Shown here piece after piece: positions 61,783 through 64,000 of a DNA stretch of 64,000 nucleotides. The position numbers were made by a program, and so were the translations under genes. The first letter of the stretch is position 1, and the number at the start of each line of letters is the position of its first letter. This DNA is from Candidatus Latescibacterota bacterium (GTDB lineage Bacteria; Latescibacterota; UBA2968): positions 128,001 to 192,000 of the forward strand of contig OZ242320.1 in assembly GCA_965208125.1 (NCBI GenBank), given 5' to 3'. A model generated the notes under the pieces. The model had not been told where the DNA came from. It was given only the letters and a program-made list of their open reading frames with translations, and made no database searches.

Positions 61783-63111
61783 ATGATTAAACGCCATAAC
61801 ATCTTTACCCTGCTCATCGGCCTGGCATTGTTGCTGGTCTTACCCAACATCGCGCTTGCCGACGGACACGAACCCAACTCAGGCGACACAGCCTGGATGC
61901 TTACCTCAACCGCCCTGGTGCTATTTATGACCATTCCCGGCCTCGCCCTTTTTTACGGCGGCCTCGTACGCACCAAAAATGTCTTGTCTGTTCTCATGCA
62001 GTGTTTCGCCCTCACCGCCATCATGACCCTGGTCTGGGTCATCATCGGCTATAGTCTCGCCTTTAACACCGATGGCATGGAAGCCGGCGTGACCAACATA
62101 AATTCCTTTGTCGGTGGTTTAGGCACCATGTTCTTATCCGGTGTGACCGCCAGCAGCCTGTCTGGCACCATTCCCGAAACAGTTTTCATCACCTTCCAGA
62201 TGACCTTTGCCATTATCACCCCGGCCCTCATCGTCGGTGCTTTTGCCGAACGCATGAAATTCTCGGCCATGATTGTGTTCTCGATCCTCTGGTCCATCGT
62301 CGTTTACGCACCAATATGCCACATGGCCTGGAGTGGTGACGGTTCTTTCTTTGGCGATATGGGCGTGCTCGACTTTGCAGGCGGCACGGTTGTACACATC
62401 AACGCGGGTATCGCAGCACTTGTCGCGTGTATTGTCATCGGCAAACGTCAGGGCTATCCCGATACACTTATGGCTCCTCACAGCCTTACAATCACCGTTA
62501 TAGGCGCATCCATGCTGTGGGTCGGCTGGTTCGGCTTTAATGCCGGAAGTGCCGTCGCTGCCGATGGAGCCGCAGGCATGGCCATGCTCGTCACACAGGT
62601 CGCCACCGCATCGGCAACACTGGGCTGGATAGCCGCCGAATGGATCAAACTCGGCAAACCCAGTATTCTGGGTGCAGTCACAGGTGCTGTTGCTGGTCTC
62701 GTCGCCATCACCCCTGCTTCGGGTAGCGTAGGACCGATGGGCGCGATAGTCGTTGGCCTGGCCTCTGGCGTCCTCTGCTTCTGGGCCGCCACCAGCCTCA
62801 AACGCGCATTGGGTTATGACGACTCCCTCGATGCTTTCGGTGTTCACGGCATAGGCGGTATTGTAGGTGCGCTCCTTACGGGTATCTTTGCCGCTGAAGG
62901 TCTCGGTGGCCAGGGACTCAGTGCCGATTCTATCGGCGGACAATTCGTCGTACAGCTCATCGGCGTCGTCTTCACCATTGTCTATTGCGGTGTCTTATCC
63001 TTCATCTTGCTCAAAATCGTCGATGCTATTATTGGCCTGCGCGTCTCACAAGACGAAGAAACCGAAGGACTCGATATCTCACTCCACGACGAACGAGGCT
63101 ACAATTATTAA
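61783..63111 (+). CDS. amtB: Ammonium transporter
   Basis: Signal peptide, PGLALFYGG, FQMTFA, DFAGGTVVH, GWFGFN, DDSLDAFGVH. Confidence 0.97.
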   Translation: MIKRHNIFTLLIGLALLLVLPNIALADGHEPNSGDTAWMLTSTALVLFMTIPGLALFYGGLVRTKNVLSVLMQCFALTAIMTLVWVIIGYSLAFNTDGMEAGVTNINSFVGGLGTMFLSGVTASSLSGTIPETVFITFQMTFAIITPALIVGAFAERMKFSAMIVFSILWSIVVYAPICHMAWSGDGSFFGDMGVLDFAGGTVVHINAGIAALVACIVIGKRQGYPDTLMAPHSLTITVIGASMLWVGWFGFNAGSAVAADGAAGMAMLVTQVATASATLGWIAAEWIKLGKPSILGAVTGAVAGLVAITPASGSVGPMGAIVVGLASGVLCFWAATSLKRALGYDDSLDAFGVHGIGGIVGALLTGIFAAEGLGGQGLSADSIGGQFVVQLIGVVFTIVYCGVLSFILLKIVDAIIGLRVSQDEETEGLDISLHDERGYNY

Positions 63112-63127
63112 AACTGTCAGCCAAACC

Positions 63128-63160
63128 AAAAGAGCGGGCACTATGTGTCCGCTCTTTTTT
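63128..63160 (+). terminator. Intrinsic terminator after amtB
   Basis: AAAAGAGCGGGCAC-loop-GTGTCCGCTC-T tract. Confidence 0.85.
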
Positions 63161-63205
63161 GTTTATAAACCCAGACAAAAAAGATTTTAAGGACAATCTT
63201 TGTTC

Positions 63206-63233
63206 TTGACAACAATTGCTAATGCCATATTCT
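63206..63233 (+). promoter_or_regulatory. sigma70-type promoter
   Basis: TTGACA-16 nt-TATTCT. Confidence 0.5.
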
Positions 63234-63280
63234 ATAGGCGCAATTTCTACAGGCACAATATCGTCTAATAGGAGAAAAAA

Positions 63281-64000
63281 ATGTATAAGGGTTTAATACT
63301 TGTCGCACTCATTGGACTCTTTTTCGCAGGTCAAGTCTCTGCTACTTCTCATACAGATCCTGACTTTAACGACGATGGAATCGTCAATGAATTGGACTTA
63401 AGGCTCCTTATTTCCAATTGGGGAACGCGAGCAGGTGGACCAAATTGGGATGCGAAGATCGATCTGAATAGTGATGGAATCGTCGATGAATTGGACTTAA
63501 GGCTCCTTATTTCCAATTGGGGCAAGACATTTCCAGTGCCACTGAGCGAGCGCGAGGTATTGGTGGCACTATACAATGCGACGGATGGTGCCAATTGGAC
63601 AAATAACACCAATTGGCTCACGAACAACGACATTTCCACCTGGCATGGCGTCAGCGTTTCTAACGGTTCGGTTACAGGCCTGGTGCTTGCAGGTAATCAG
63701 TTAAGCGGTATGATCCCCACAGAATTGGGTAGCTTGACCAACCTTGAGGAACTGAATCTTAGCTTCAATCCGTTGAGTGGCGAAATTCCAGCAGCACTGG
63801 GCAACCTGTCCAACCTTAAGCAGTTGTGGCTTGTAGGTCATCCTTTAGGTAATCCTGTTAATCAGTTAAGCGGTGCGCTTCCATCAGAATTGGGCAATCT
63901 GGCCAATCTTGAAGTCCTGATTCTTAACAATAATCAGTTAAGCGGTGCGCTTCCTCAGAGCCTGACCAGACTGACAAAGCTAATGAATTTTTCCTTTGGG
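63281..64000 (+). CDS. Secreted dockerin/EF-hand + plant-type leucine-rich-repeat protein (3'-truncated by window; absent from the ORF track)
   Basis: Own translation: signal MYKGLILVALIGLFFAGQVSA, DFNDDGIVNELD / DLNSDGIVDELD, LRR N-cap 'ALYNATDGANW..NW..WHGV', repeats 'NQLSGMIPTELGSLTNL'. Confidence 0.9.
   Translation, partial: MYKGLILVALIGLFFAGQVSATSHTDPDFNDDGIVNELDLRLLISNWGTRAGGPNWDAKIDLNSDGIVDELDLRLLISNWGKTFPVPLSEREVLVALYNATDGANWTNNTNWLTNNDISTWHGVSVSNGSVTGLVLAGNQLSGMIPTELGSLTNLEELNLSFNPLSGEIPAALGNLSNLKQLWLVGHPLGNPVNQLSGALPSELGNLANLEVLILNNNQLSGALPQSLTRLTKLMNFSFG
63374..63522 (+). repeat. 50-bp direct repeat (49/50 identical) encoding the two dockerin halves
   Basis: 63374-63423 vs 63473-63522, 99-nt offset. 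Confidence 0.9.

Noticed and set aside
63374-63522. Two 50-bp repeats with a 49-bp spacer could look like a mini CRISPR
   Set aside because: Only two copies, in frame inside a coding dockerin duplication, and no cas genes.

Overview
Bacterial chromosome segment of about 50% GC. An FCB-group lineage such as Latescibacterota or Gemmatimonadota, possibly host- or sponge-associated, is inferred from the PorV-like gene, sulfatases and a dockerin-LRR protein; this is not proven. 1-12.4 kb is a dcw cluster (rsmH end, ftsL, ftsI, murE, murF, ftsW, murC, murB, ftsQ, ftsA, ftsZ) lacking mraY, murD and murG. It is followed by many catabolic genes (two sulfatases, PhyH dioxygenases, Gfo/Idh/MocA, DMFase-beta-like, kdgK-eda-ROK), housekeeping genes (fmt, yajC, tgt, slyD, polA), an IS200/IS605 tnpB-only element with readable ends, frdABCD, polysaccharide-degradation genes, glnK-amtB and a dockerin + LRR gene cut by the window end. 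The most unusual stretch is 43.5-48.3 kb. There a TrpRS homolog has an in-frame loss of KMSKS and most of the anticodon-binding domain and sits behind two Trp-leader attenuators in tandem. A 48-bp segment containing their promoter is duplicated around a GC-rich 3-gene cassette. A family of 7-8-nt tandem/inverted repeat arrays recurs at gene junctions throughout the window. All calls come from reading the sequence and motif recognition; no searches were run.
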